From: Ostrea edulis | Taxonomy: Eukaryota | Direction: 5' to 3' | DNA: 64,000 bases | Assembly (NCBI RefSeq): GCF_947568905.1 | Contig: NC_079173.1 | Coordinates: 19,282,001 to 19,346,000 of the forward strand | Shown here: piece after piece, positions 26,801-36,012 of the stretch | How positions within the stretch are numbered: the first letter of the stretch is position 1 | Layout of the letters: each line of letters begins with the position of its first letter | Program-made: the position numbers and the translations under genes | Notes under the pieces: model-generated | Told to the model about the DNA's origin: nothing | The model's input: the letters and a program-made list of their open reading frames with translations, nothing else | Databases searched by the model: none

Positions 26801-29800
26801 CTACATACTGTGATATGTGTGCTGCGAATGTCTGCGTCTATGTGCAAACCTGTAAAAAAAATAATTATCGACATTTTCAGCTAAAATGCTTTTTTTCCTC
26901 TAATATATTACTCCGTTTCGATATTTTTATTCTTTTTTTATCAGGATATATGACATTGTACTTCAACATGTCATGTGTTTCCCGTACACAATACGTTACT
27001 GTTGGAGATTTGCCCTGCTTGACTCCAAATAAAAAAAAAACTATAGTACGAGTATGACAAAAGATCGAGGGGAAATGGCGAAATTTCTCCTATTGTTTTT
27101 GCAGCTTTGTCTAATCAACATGTCATTAGAACTTTAATTTAGGAAATGTATCAGTTGACCATACATACTTGTTATTGATATCGTCATATCGCTATTAGTT
27201 TACTAATGCCTCCAAAAACCACAAACATTTATATCGAACATTGCGCTTCATGTATAAAGTACAAAGTAAAGTATTTATTTCTTATTCGAGCAATATTTAT
27301 ATTACAAATCGCATTTTCCTTTATGAACCAACCAATTTCAGCGCACGACACAATCCGTTCATATTGAATATGAACGGATTCTGAACTAGTTTAAAGCATG
27401 CAACTGAGAGAGCGTAATGGTTGGATAAAATACAACACGTGTTATAAAGATCTCGCAAGTCACAGCTCGGATTAAGATTGTAAACTTACGTGGATTATCA
27501 TCCCAATCTTCTGGTCTCTTACCTCCAAAGTACAGTGCACCGTGCAATATTGATAAAAGGCAGGGTGAGGCAAAGTGTGACGTCATGTCTATGTTGACGT
27601 ATATCAGTATTTTTAACTGATGTTATTGCTGAAAAGAGTGATATTAGAATATATTAGATATATAGAAACTGCGAGAATACATGTAATAAAAGCATTTAAG
27701 GTGGGTCCTTAGTCCTGGATTTTTGGGGTTTAGGTAGCATTTTTTTTTTTGGAATGAATGAATTAACATTCAGAGTAATGAAAAAATGCAAATTATTTAA
27801 GGATTTCCATATTAATTTTCATTACAGACACTACTGAAGTCATGTACCCCTATGTAGATTTTTATGAAATTCATTGGAAACAGTTATTTGTCGTTATTTT
27901 AAAATGTAAACAACAAGAAAATTATTTAATTGCATTTATTTATCAAAAAACATTTCAATAACTAAAACACATGTCATTTTCAATATGTTCATCAAGTTTT
28001 AGAATAATAAATGCAGAATTATTGAATTAGCGTTGTTCTCCAAAATGTTAAAAAACGAATAAATGTGGACACAGTTTCCTTATACCATGGTTTAAATATC
28101 ATTTTTTCTGTTTATATTAGTAGGTGTACATCTATTATACTTATTTATCGAAACAAAAATTCATACCTTTCCTTAATAATTTCGAATGTATAGCTTCTAG
28201 AGTATGTATACCCCCATAAAAAACCGACTTCTGGCACCATACAGATGAGCTATTTAAAATCACTAATGGATTAAAATTTTATGTAATTTCACAAAGACAC
28301 AGATAATGATTCCTTATCACCTTGGTAAAATGTTTGTGAAAAATAAAGGAAATATATCGCATAACGGGCTTGATAAATAATTTATTGAAAACGGAGCTAT
28401 TGTCCTTGGATTCAATATTTTGAAACATATCATTGACTATTCAAATATAACTAAGACTTTTGAAATGTTTTATGGCTGACATTTTTTTTAAAAATAACTA
28501 TTGAAAAACACTCCAACAAAATTTATGTTCAAGTCATTAAATCATTGACTTTGCAAAATCTTATGACGTCACAGGAGTGTGGAACTACGTTAATAAACAT
28601 CCAAAATCAAATTACACAAGAATGGTGTATGATACTCGGATATACATCCTTTTAAGCGACAGACCAAAGAAGTTTCTCTCTATATGAGTGCAAACCATAT
28701 AGTGCTTTGCGAAAATATATCCCGACACATGGTTTCGGCTCCTTTATGCGAATATTTGTTATGCTTGAAGCACTTTGTGTCGTTGCAATGGCCAACGACA
28801 AAAATAATTAAATTCTCAAATTTTCAGGATGACATGTCTCTTCCTCACGGCAAACAAATAGGTTTACATCAGATAGCTAAAACTGTCTACTAAAACACTA
28901 ACACTAAATTACACTAGAAATTCAAACGTATTCACTCTACAAAATACGTTTTTATTGGATTTGGCTTACGAATGGATGTTTTATAGGGAGCGAATTAGGG
29001 CACGTCCTACTCGTCCAATGCACTAATTCACAAGGTGAAGATAACGAACAGTGATCAATCTCATAACTCCTATAAGCAATACAAAATCGATAGTTGGGCA
29101 AACACGGGCCCCTGGACACACCAGAGGTGGGATCATGTGCCTTGGAGGAATAAGCATCCCCTGTTGACCGGTCACACCTGCCGTGAACCCTATATCCTGA
29201 TCAGGTAAATGGAGTTATCCGCAGTCAACATCAGTGTGCCAAGAACGGCTTAACAATCGATATGAAACACGTCAGACAGCATTTGACCCAATGCTAGGTT
29301 GTATTGACGAACTAGATCGTTATAACGACCATAGAAATTGCGGAATGCTGACTTCAATCGAGACTGTTGAAACCCCTGTATCATCAACTTGTTTGTCAGT
29401 AGCTCACCTCGATTTGAAAACTGACTATACACAGAACAAGCTCTTGCATATCGAATCAGTTGAGGTATATAAACATCATATGCAGGTGATAATGGAATAT
29501 TGCTACATAAATGTGGGAAGTTGACGACGGAGAAGCTGAAATCATCCCGTTTGTCATACAGTTGAGTTGTCAGTTTGCCGTTAATGTCTACTTTCAATAA
29601 AATATCTAAGTATGAAGCAGAAGTGGACGACTCTGTGGTGTCCTTTATTTCGAGCTCACGGGGATATATCAAATTGACATATGAATGAAAGCTATTATTG
29701 TTAATATACAAAACGTCACTGTACAATAGTGCTATAACTGCAACGTTTATTTCCATGTCATGGGAAAACAAAATGAATATACACCCAACAGTATATGTAC

Positions 29801-29882
29801 ATGTATATACCAAAAATTAATGGGAGTTGTACCATTTCAGATTCCATCACTGGTACTACTGGCGTCGAAACAACAGTTCCCG
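3852..29882 (+). CDS. Multi-exon extracellular LRR protein, 5'-incomplete: six 24-aa LRR exons + LRR-CT + Thr-rich stalk; join(3852..3923,6400..6471,8011..8082,9435..9506,11856..11927,19406..19477,23905..24074,29841..29882)
   Basis: Each LRR exon is 72 nt with AG/GTAAGT boundaries and phase 2-2. They splice in frame to repeats of the form xLxxNxIxxLxNGIFDxLTxLxxL, followed by NPLRCKCPL...CKNPVTL...C (LRR-CT). No signal peptide or LRR-NT exon was found in the window. Confidence 0.75.
4893..5800 (-). mobile_element. PLE with tandem 3' ends (pseudo-LTR-like)
   Basis: Two consecutive 3' termini (about 4893-5145 and 5148 onward) followed by decayed RT up to YIDD (gtcgtcgatata). Confidence 0.8.
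6080..6335 (-). mobile_element. Old, diverged PLE RT fragment (module 1, upstream of LRR exon)
   Basis: Diverged match to the RT segment of the young PLE (catacgcag...tatcgaatca...caggtaatagtgcaatatt); homologues at about 7490-7880, 9005-9320, 17230-17480, 18118-18325 and 19155-19250. Confidence 0.6.
6400..6471 (+). CDS. LRR exon, type b (HLWKNKIATLLNGIFDALTKLKKL)
   Basis: ttcag/gtaagt, 72 nt, open frame. Confidence 0.8.
6521..7340 (-). mobile_element. PLE 3' end + decayed RT (module 1) with a nested fresher 3' end at 6786-6930
   Basis: The terminus aggtgaagataa lies 50 bp after the LRR donor; RT remnant runs to just past YIDD. Confidence 0.8.
8011..8082 (+). CDS. LRR exon, type b (GLQENELATLPNGIFDALTKLETL)
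   Basis: ttcag/gtaagt, 72 nt, open frame. Confidence 0.8.
8125..8855 (-). mobile_element. PLE 3' end + decayed RT (module 2)
   Basis: Terminus 43 bp after the LRR donor; ORF-track 8464..8757 is RT-derived. Confidence 0.8.
9435..9506 (+). CDS. LRR exon, type b (NLGRNKISTLKNGIFDALTKLEIL)
   Basis: ttcag/gtaagt, 72 nt, open frame. Confidence 0.8.
9549..9815 (-). mobile_element. PLE 3' end (module 3), truncated next to the DIRS fragment
   Basis: Terminus 43 bp after the LRR donor; homologous to 8125 onward. Confidence 0.75.
9825..10625 (-). mobile_element. DIRS-type (tyrosine-recombinase) retrotransposon fragment, RT thumb / RNase H region, decayed
   Basis: Minus-strand frames give QIILFLGFEINSVDM...AVIAAKLYCRYMQ, DLIW*ID...NGKSII, TEGFWSSAQQFYHIN, KQIWNWCQ...FIPGSLNTRADWES and VDPFASCLNHQ, the motif order typical of DIRS pol; multiple stops and frameshifts. 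Confidence 0.75.
10905..11098 (+). repeat. 22-bp minisatellite (~9 copies; cacctttctgtaaccattcagt)
   Basis: Direct inspection; only about 2 copies in the paralogue near 2920-2960. Confidence 0.9.
11450..11690 (+). mobile_element. tRNA-derived SINE
   Basis: A/B boxes, body ccaccaataaaaactgg...gtggcggaaaacatc, (TCAA)n tail. Confidence 0.85.
11856..11927 (+). CDS. LRR exon, type a duplicate (IVSGNEIAILPTGLFDVLTNLQFL)
   Basis: ttcag/gtaagt, 72 nt; lies in the segmental duplicate of the 3852 exon; end of ORF-track entry 11749..11931. Confidence 0.8.
12541..13487. mobile_element. Non-autonomous DNA element (~950 bp) inserted into a PLE 3' end
   Basis: Absent from the paralogous segment near 4930; imperfect TIRs tatccgcggttgagttaa / ttaacacaactgcgtcaata; superfamily unassigned. 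Confidence 0.5.
13488..14275 (-). mobile_element. PLE with tandem 3' ends (duplicate of 4893-5800)
   Basis: Same double-terminus structure and RT remnant to YIDD. Confidence 0.8.
15078..15320 (+). mobile_element. tRNA-derived SINE, same family as 11450
   Basis: A/B boxes, same body and tail. Confidence 0.85.
15500..16502 (+). mobile_element. Longest PLE copy in the window, decayed, sense on + strand
   Basis: Reads through YFVKHHSD, FLIDNIFVVFGDQ, a decayed IPMxTNCAPL motif, YIDDVLSI, YDKRDDF and the full 3' terminus; frameshifted. Confidence 0.85.
17644..17687 (+). pseudogene. Decayed LRR exon (type b module)
   Basis: Module-type upstream flank (gcgttgataaattaaagt) then a partly deleted exon (...acaactttacagaatgga...gat), truncated where a PLE 3' fragment begins. 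Confidence 0.5.
17775..17826. repeat. (TA)n microsatellite; others at about 33925-33962 (TA), 35409-35446 (GA), 35862-35902 (TC), 41531-41576 (GA), 41906-41938 (TC) and 42016-42089 (TA then GA)
   Basis: Direct inspection. Confidence 0.95.
18325..18892 (-). mobile_element. L2/CR1-group LINE 3' fragment
   Basis: ORF 18405..18860: YANSVLHGLP...LHWLPV...FK...PSYL...LWNELPTNIR...FKRQL, with an L2-like tail (gtgcgcgttataaatt...ataaataaa); interrupts an old PLE of an LRR module. Confidence 0.8.
19406..19477 (+). CDS. LRR exon, type b (DLGRNKISTLSNGIFDELTKLKTL)
   Basis: ttcag/gtaagt, 72 nt, open frame. Confidence 0.8.
19521..20480 (-). mobile_element. PLE 3' end + decayed RT (module 5), extending past YIDD to the GIPMG-type motif
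   Basis: Terminus 44 bp after the LRR donor; 20300-20480 matches the RT region seen at 15600-15750. Confidence 0.8.
20578..22115. mobile_element. Cluster of PLE fragments in both orientations (20578-20675 +, 20941-21085 -, 21640-22115 +)
   Basis: Matches to the PLE 3' terminus and RT thumb (ORF 21661..21921). Confidence 0.75.
22570..22627 (+). pseudogene. Decayed LRR exon (type b module)
   Basis: Remnant cttgatgcactgacgaatctagggatatt (LDALTNLGI) with weakened donor gtaatg, module-like flanks and a PLE-terminus remnant (aagtgaagat) about 40 bp downstream. Confidence 0.5.
22973..23016 (-). ncRNA. Minimal type I hammerhead ribozyme motif (PLE-associated), catalytic core intact
   Basis: Minus strand reads gcataa-CTGAAGA-gaca(ttatt)tgtc-GAAA-tgcgca-TC-tggtgc; AUC cleavage triplet; one stem I mismatch; part of a repeat (about 22955-23110) shared with 3337-3478. 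Confidence 0.7.
23288..23514 (+). mobile_element. tRNA-derived SINE, same family, diverged
   Basis: B-box-like ttcgaatcc, same body and tail. Confidence 0.75.
23905..24074 (+). CDS. LRR C-terminal cap exon (GLYENPLRCKCPL...SCKNPVTLRKTFLKDLKLRDVVCDS)
   Basis: Pyrimidine tract + cag, gtatac donor; NPxxCxC...CxxP...C pattern; phase 2 start matches the LRR exons; inside ORF 23855..24169. Confidence 0.8.
25163..25360 (+). mobile_element. tRNA-derived SINE, second family, decayed
   Basis: A box ggtagctcagtggtag; 3' part acgtctcaatatgagtga resembles the tail of the 32553 element. Confidence 0.55.
27700..28589. mobile_element. Putative non-autonomous Kolobok-like DNA element
   Basis: Flanked by TTAA on both sides with degenerate TIRs (ggtgggtcc / ggaactacg); a related terminus ttaa|ggtagctccaccctcatgtgacatca occurs at 59746. 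Confidence 0.45.
29031..29718 (-). mobile_element. PLE (probable Naiad clade), 5'-truncated, young copy
   Basis: ORF 29250..29813 carries an uninterrupted RT palm/thumb ending HIDC*; full 3' terminus. Confidence 0.85.
29841..29882 (+). CDS. Candidate Thr-rich stalk micro-exon (DSITGTTGVETTVP)
   Basis: catttcag/gtacgt, 42 nt, phase 1-1, compatible with the phase-1 end of the LRR-CT exon. Confidence 0.5.
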
Positions 29883-30179
29883 GTACGTATTTTACATCTA
29901 TTTAATCCAAGGTAGTGTATTTGATTTATGGTGGGAGCATTCCATTTAGGACAGTTAGGTTTTGTTCTAACTGTTCCTTCATCAACATTCCTATGTTAAA
30001 AGAGAAAATCACAGGTCTCTCAAATTAAACACCTCAAGAATTAACGCCCCATACTATATAGACGTTGGCATGATACAGAAAGCAATGTTGTGACCTTGAT
30101 CGCCATTCCTGCGACAAACGTTGATGCACTTCCCAAACAACTGGTGAAGAATCACTATGAGTTATAATTATAAAACTAT

Positions 30180-30320
30180 CAACAGGGGATGCTTACTCCT
30201 CCTATGTACCTGAAGCCACCTCTAGTGTGTTTAGGAGTCCGTGTTTGCCCTATTCTTAATTTTACATTCTTTATTTGATTTTTGTAGATTAGTCATTGTT
30301 TGTTATCTTCAATTTTCATG
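30180..30320 (+). mobile_element. PLE 3' terminus fragment (another at about 32240-32330, and one at about 23535-23620 on the - strand)
   Basis: caggggatgcttactcctcct...gtccgtgtttgccc match to the terminus. Confidence 0.65.
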
Positions 30321-31629
30321 AAATACAAGCGAATCAAGTCAACAGCTGATCTACAAGGGTTACTAAAAAAAAACACTTGTTTCTCCCTATCACTCTGCGT
30401 TGTTGGTTATCAAATACTGAGTGTTAAACTCCCGAAAGTCTCTCTTACTCTGAAATAAATGCTAGAAATGGTTTCGTCCTTCTCCCCTAGGAAATATATA
30501 TCCACCTTCGTTTATAAATTGCATTATCTACTTAGATTTCATCCCAGCCTCCACTGATGCAGATACTGTCTTAACTGCAATAACCGGATTCGGCAAGCAT
30601 TCAACATGATAAAAAAAAAATTGAACATTGTATAAAACACTGATTTATCAAGTAGTAATTTACAGTATACGTCAAAGACACTTGATGCATAAATTCATCA
30701 GCAAGGAATGACATAATATCTGTAGCCGCTAACATCATTGAAAACATCGATTTCAAATCGCTTTAAAGCATGAAGAATCCACCAGGTAAACTCCGTTTGT
30801 AGAGATTGGATTATTTTCTTTTATCTAACCTGCCCTTGACATCGGATGTAAGTTTGTTATATTATGTAGTATTTACAAATACATATATTATGAAATGCCC
30901 TACAAATGCATATACATATATATACTCTTACATATACATTTCTAATGTTAACAATTGCCCAAAATACGCCGCGAGAAGGATATAATTTAATGCGATTTCG
31001 AATTTGACTTTTGGACATTACAGACATCTAAAATATGTCTACATAATCAGATTTGTCTTGTTTGATGCTTCGCTAATTAAGGTGTTATCAGTAGAACGTG
31101 AAAACAGTCATATCATTCTCATACAGCTGACAATGCGAGTCAACTGAATATTTATGTGATCATGATAAAGTGTAAAGTTGTGATTTTGACTTGGGGTCAA
31201 CTTGCACAACAATTTACTATTAGTTATAGTTTCAAAGGTAGCATATCCTCATGTGATAAGGAAAAATGATAATACCTTTATATATTTCAAATAAATTTCC
31301 GTAACGTAACATATATTGCAAAACAGTAAAACACTATTTTTCATTCATGTATTGAAATACATCAAACGAACACACTGTATACAATGAAAAGTGATGAATT
31401 AAAAAAGCTCACAAATCAATACAACCACGGAGGATTCATCGATGCACTGCTACCTAGAGATCGTGAGAAACGTGTATCCCTGTCCTTATCCCTGGTGGGC
31501 ATTTATATCCATATATTCAACTCTGGTGTGTATTTATATTCCATTTGTCAATCCTGGTGAGTACAACTATTTCTTTCTCTATAGAATAAGCTACTATAGA
31601 ACTAAACGTCCATAAACTACACCACTATG

Positions 31630-31945
31630 TACAAGTTACACGTTTACCTTTTGCTTGGTATCTACAAGATTTAATTTTACTCGGTATGTGTATGCCATAC
31701 ATTTACTTTGTATAGATCTACATGGTTTATGTTTACTTGGTAAGTATAGGGTATAAGTGTTCTTGGTATGTATACGTCATGTGTTTACACCGTATACACA
31801 AGTTACACGTTATCGTTTTTCTTGGTATCTACAATGTTTAATTTTACTCGGTATGTATATACATGTATCATACATTTACTGTGTATCTACATGGTATGTG
31901 TTTACTTGGTAAGTACAAGGTATAAGTGTTCTTGGTATGTATAAG
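31630..31945 (+). repeat. Degenerate tandem repeat (2 x ~167 bp with internal subrepeats)
   Basis: acaagttacacgtt...gtgttcttggtatgtata repeated. Confidence 0.75.
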
Positions 31946-32552
31946 TTGGGGGGATGAGGGATGGAATAAAGAATTGCATTGCTTGCATGTTTATTGTACT
32001 TATTGCAATGACGGCACTAATCACATACATGGGATATCGTAAGTTTTCAATATTTATTTTATTATTTATTTCTATTATCGTATTTGAACATTTCAGGAGA
32101 TCAGAAAAGGAGATATGTAAACAACTGTTGGTTCAACAATGGCGCGATCTGCTGTGATCTTTTGTTTTTGGAGCGGGTCAGATACTGACGGACAGGTTAG
32201 TGTTGCCGGTTTTTCATACCGTTTGTGGTCAAAATATAAGACTCACAGCAGGTGTCCTCTTACGCACCTGATCCTACTTCTGATCTTTCCAGTGGTCCGT
32301 GTTTGTCTTATTCTCAATTGTATATTCATCAGGGAAGTCAATCAATTCAACAATAATACAACTGTGAAAGTAAATGCATAAGCTAGCTTTGGCCATCTGT
32401 ATTGTGTCCAGATTCCACTGTACTAAAGCATAATACTAATTCATGCCTTTAAGTTCATGGTGACTTGATATAACGAAAAAGGTACAACTATTTTAGTTTG
32501 AAATCCACATGTGGTGTCATATTATTTTACAGATTTTCAGACAACTACATAG

Positions 32553-32817
32553 TCCCTTGGGGATCCGGGTTAGAATATGTCCTCAGTACCCCCTTGCTTG
32601 TCGTAAGAGACGACTAAATCTGGCGGTTCTTCGGATGAGACCGTAAAAATCGAGGTCCCGTGTCACAGCAGCTGTAGCACGATAAAGATCCCTCCCTGCT
32701 CAATGGTCATAAGCGCCGAGGATAGGCATAAATTTTGCAGCCCTTCACCGGCAGTGGGGACGTCTCCATATGAGTGAAATATTCTGGAGAGGGACGTTAA
32801 ACAATATTCAACCAATC
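32553..32817 (+). mobile_element. SINE body (5'-truncated), central domain of Meta/V-SINE type
   Basis: cttgcttgtcgtaagag...ttcggatgagaccg...cgaggtcccgtg...gggacgttaaacaatattcaaccaatc; its 5' part recurs inverted near 63650-63695. Domain naming is from recall. Confidence 0.65.
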
Positions 32818-33916
32818 ATATAATTTTTCTGTTGAATTCAATTTTGTCATTTTCTGTAGATACAAATTTCTCACAATGCCTCTTTGTCACTATGGAGCTT
32901 TTACATTTTACCGAAATATCGTTGAAATTTTTATTTCAGATTAAAATTCAGACACACAGATGGGTTTTGAACATTACATTCTTCATAGAAATCAAGCCGC
33001 TGGCGTTGATGACATTTGTTGAAAAAAATAAACAGATGTTCTATATGCAAAAGTATACCATGTGATTACTTATATGATATTAGGATGTATATTTATAATG
33101 CATAAAAAAATCTCTATCCTCTTTAAGACGCTTAAATCTAAGTGGGTCAATATCCTCGTACCTCTCAAATCCTGAAAAGCAATGCACCCTTCCAGGCCTC
33201 GGTCCCATTACTGTTATGGAATGGATTGGTACTTGGGCATTACCCTATACGTAATATCACCGTCGTATCTTTTCTGTTAAAATACATTCCACATTTCAGA
33301 ATTTAAGAAAGTGCCTTGTTAAAAAGTTTCAATTTTTATTTAAAACAAGAATATGTAATAAAGTTCAAAAATAATAAATAGTATATCATTAACATTTTTT
33401 AATAATATACCACCCTGTTTATAGTTCTAACATATCAGACTACTGGCAAAATCAATTGGTGTGTTGTCAGACATAATCCTATACTGATTTACTTTTTTAG
33501 CGTAACCTGTTTGCAACATATGGAACCACTTCCTCTGACAGTCAAATTCTGCTGGTTACACCGTTCCCGGGAATATTTCAAGAACGATATGTTGAGAAGT
33601 GTTTACAAATGATGAATACTGGATAGTACGAGGTAAAATAAGCACCAATTTAAAAAAGGAAATGGATGTCCTAAGATTTTATAGGCAACAGGCGGAGAAC
33701 TGAGGATTTGAATTTCAGATTATCTTACAATATGTTGGAGTCAAAAGAAAATATTCATTTCTTATGTCACCATTACACTTCGTCACTGAATTTCTAATTA
33801 TGAATGACTTGTTTAAAATTTTCTAGCGTAAATCTTGACGATATGAAAAGAATACACCTACAAGGCTTGTGACTTCATTTTTGCATGTGAATATTGATAT
33901 ATCACCCATATACATG

Positions 33917-33961
<45 letters not shown>

Positions 33962-33980
33962 CACATCGCTGTATATAAGA

Positions 33981-35403
33981 ATTACATGACGAAATTAAAT
34001 TAAAGTGAAGGGGGGGGGATACATGTATATAGTGGAGAATTTAAAGGATAGAAGGAAAATAGGGTGTTTCATAATAAATGTTACGTTTTGAATCTATAAT
34101 TGAACAAACACAGGGAATAGATAAATAAAAAAGTTTATAACTATATGTATCCATTAGATTCATTGTGAATAATGCTGAACCTAACTTTCAAATTTAAGAA
34201 GACATTTGAATCATTAACTGAAAATCAAATTTCTGAATTAGACTACCTCATTTTTATCATGTTCAATCTCATAACGTCAAACTTTAAACACACACCTCTC
34301 CTCTCTCGTGACCGTAACACTGCTTACCAACACTGTGGATTTGCATTGTAACGTTTTACTTTTAGGTTTTTAATATTTCAAAATCAATTGATCATGTACA
34401 GTGCTGATCATTATTCATAGATATTTGCACTTTACATTTTTTTGATGTGCTGTTTATAATTCTAAAAATTTTATGTATACTTGAAATGTGCAAGTGACGT
34501 TTCGACTTGACAAACAAAAAAATATTGATAAATGTTTAAAATGGAGGCATGATATTATTTCTGCACACCACACTGAACCCCATATGCTTCCATTGTGTTG
34601 TGCTCCCATAATGCGAACAAACCGGAAAACATGCATGGCGTCCATCAGATTCTACAAGTATATTTAACATTAATATCTACGTGTAACACTTAGAAAAAAA
34701 TATTCAGAAACAAGTTGTGCAATGTATATGATTTATAACCTTTAATGAATCATTGATTTACAAATTAATCATGGGTAATTAATACAGAAATGACACAGGC
34801 ATTTTAAATTACTTTTATATAGCATTAACTGGAAGTTAGATTTAACTAACTTTTCTACAACTGTCCCATTTTAACTCACATTTAATCTGACGTTATCTCT
34901 TGCACCTCTATAGTGTTAACTAGATGTTAACTGTCAGTTAAATTTAACTAATTTTTGTGTAACTGGTTGATAAAGACACATAAAGTGCAAAACAGATGAA
35001 TGCAAGACAAAGAGTCGAGAAGGTCACATTGGTTAAGGGAAAGGCGAAGATGTGTATATTCCGTATACGCTAAAAGGCTGTATAGTTGACACCAATCTCT
35101 CACCAGAGGGCGTATTACGCTACGCTACAACACCTCTGTCAACATCTAAATGTCAAGATTCTTGGCAAAACTTACTTATTGCATCATAAATAATGATTTT
35201 ACCAGTTTTAGTTTTACGCTTTAAATCTTAAAGTGGGTTTACAAAAACACCTTGATTTCCTTAAAGATACATGTATTATCACTACAGTTTTGTTAACGTT
35301 ATATTCTGTATGGAATTTTAGAATTTTTGTGTTTTCGAATTCAATATATATTTCACCACGGGTATCTGAATTTTGATCGGTAAATAGATACAAAACGAAA
35401 ACA

Positions 35404-35449
<46 letters not shown>

Positions 35450-35857
35450 TTTTCTTGTTTAGTGTCTATTTATTGATCAAAATTCAGATACCTGTTATTT
35501 CACATGCAAAATGTATCACAAATTTCCTTCCTTCATTGCGTGGAATGAATTTAAGGAAGAAAAATAGTGACAGATCGGCCTCCTTTTTCAGACATTGCTA
35601 CATGAATGAAACATATGCTTCGATTTAACAGTTGAAAGACTTTTGGACAAAAACATGAAATTGTCCACTTTTTGTGGGAAATCTCAATCAATACGTAAAA
35701 TTAGCTTGTGAGCGTATTGTTGAGGAGCGGATAAAAAAAAATACAAGTCTGATTTTAATTAGATTGTAGGAAATCTCATCTGATATTTCATAGGACAGCG
35801 TGGATAAGTTGGATACAAGCCTTTATTAAATGTCTTGGATTAATCGACTCACTCACT

Positions 35858-35906
<49 letters not shown>

Positions 35907-35990
35907 ATAACATGTCAAAATATTTTTTCCGAAAGCTGCAGTTCTGCAGTTCTGCAGCTAGTACAAATCATGCGGACCTTTTTTTTTTTT
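33981..35990 (+). repeat. ~2-kb block, copy A (paralogous to 40031-42015)
   Basis: High-identity collinear match, including (GA)n and (TC)n tracts. Confidence 0.9.
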
Positions 35991-36012
35991 TCTTTTCGAG
36001 AGAGAGAGAGAC

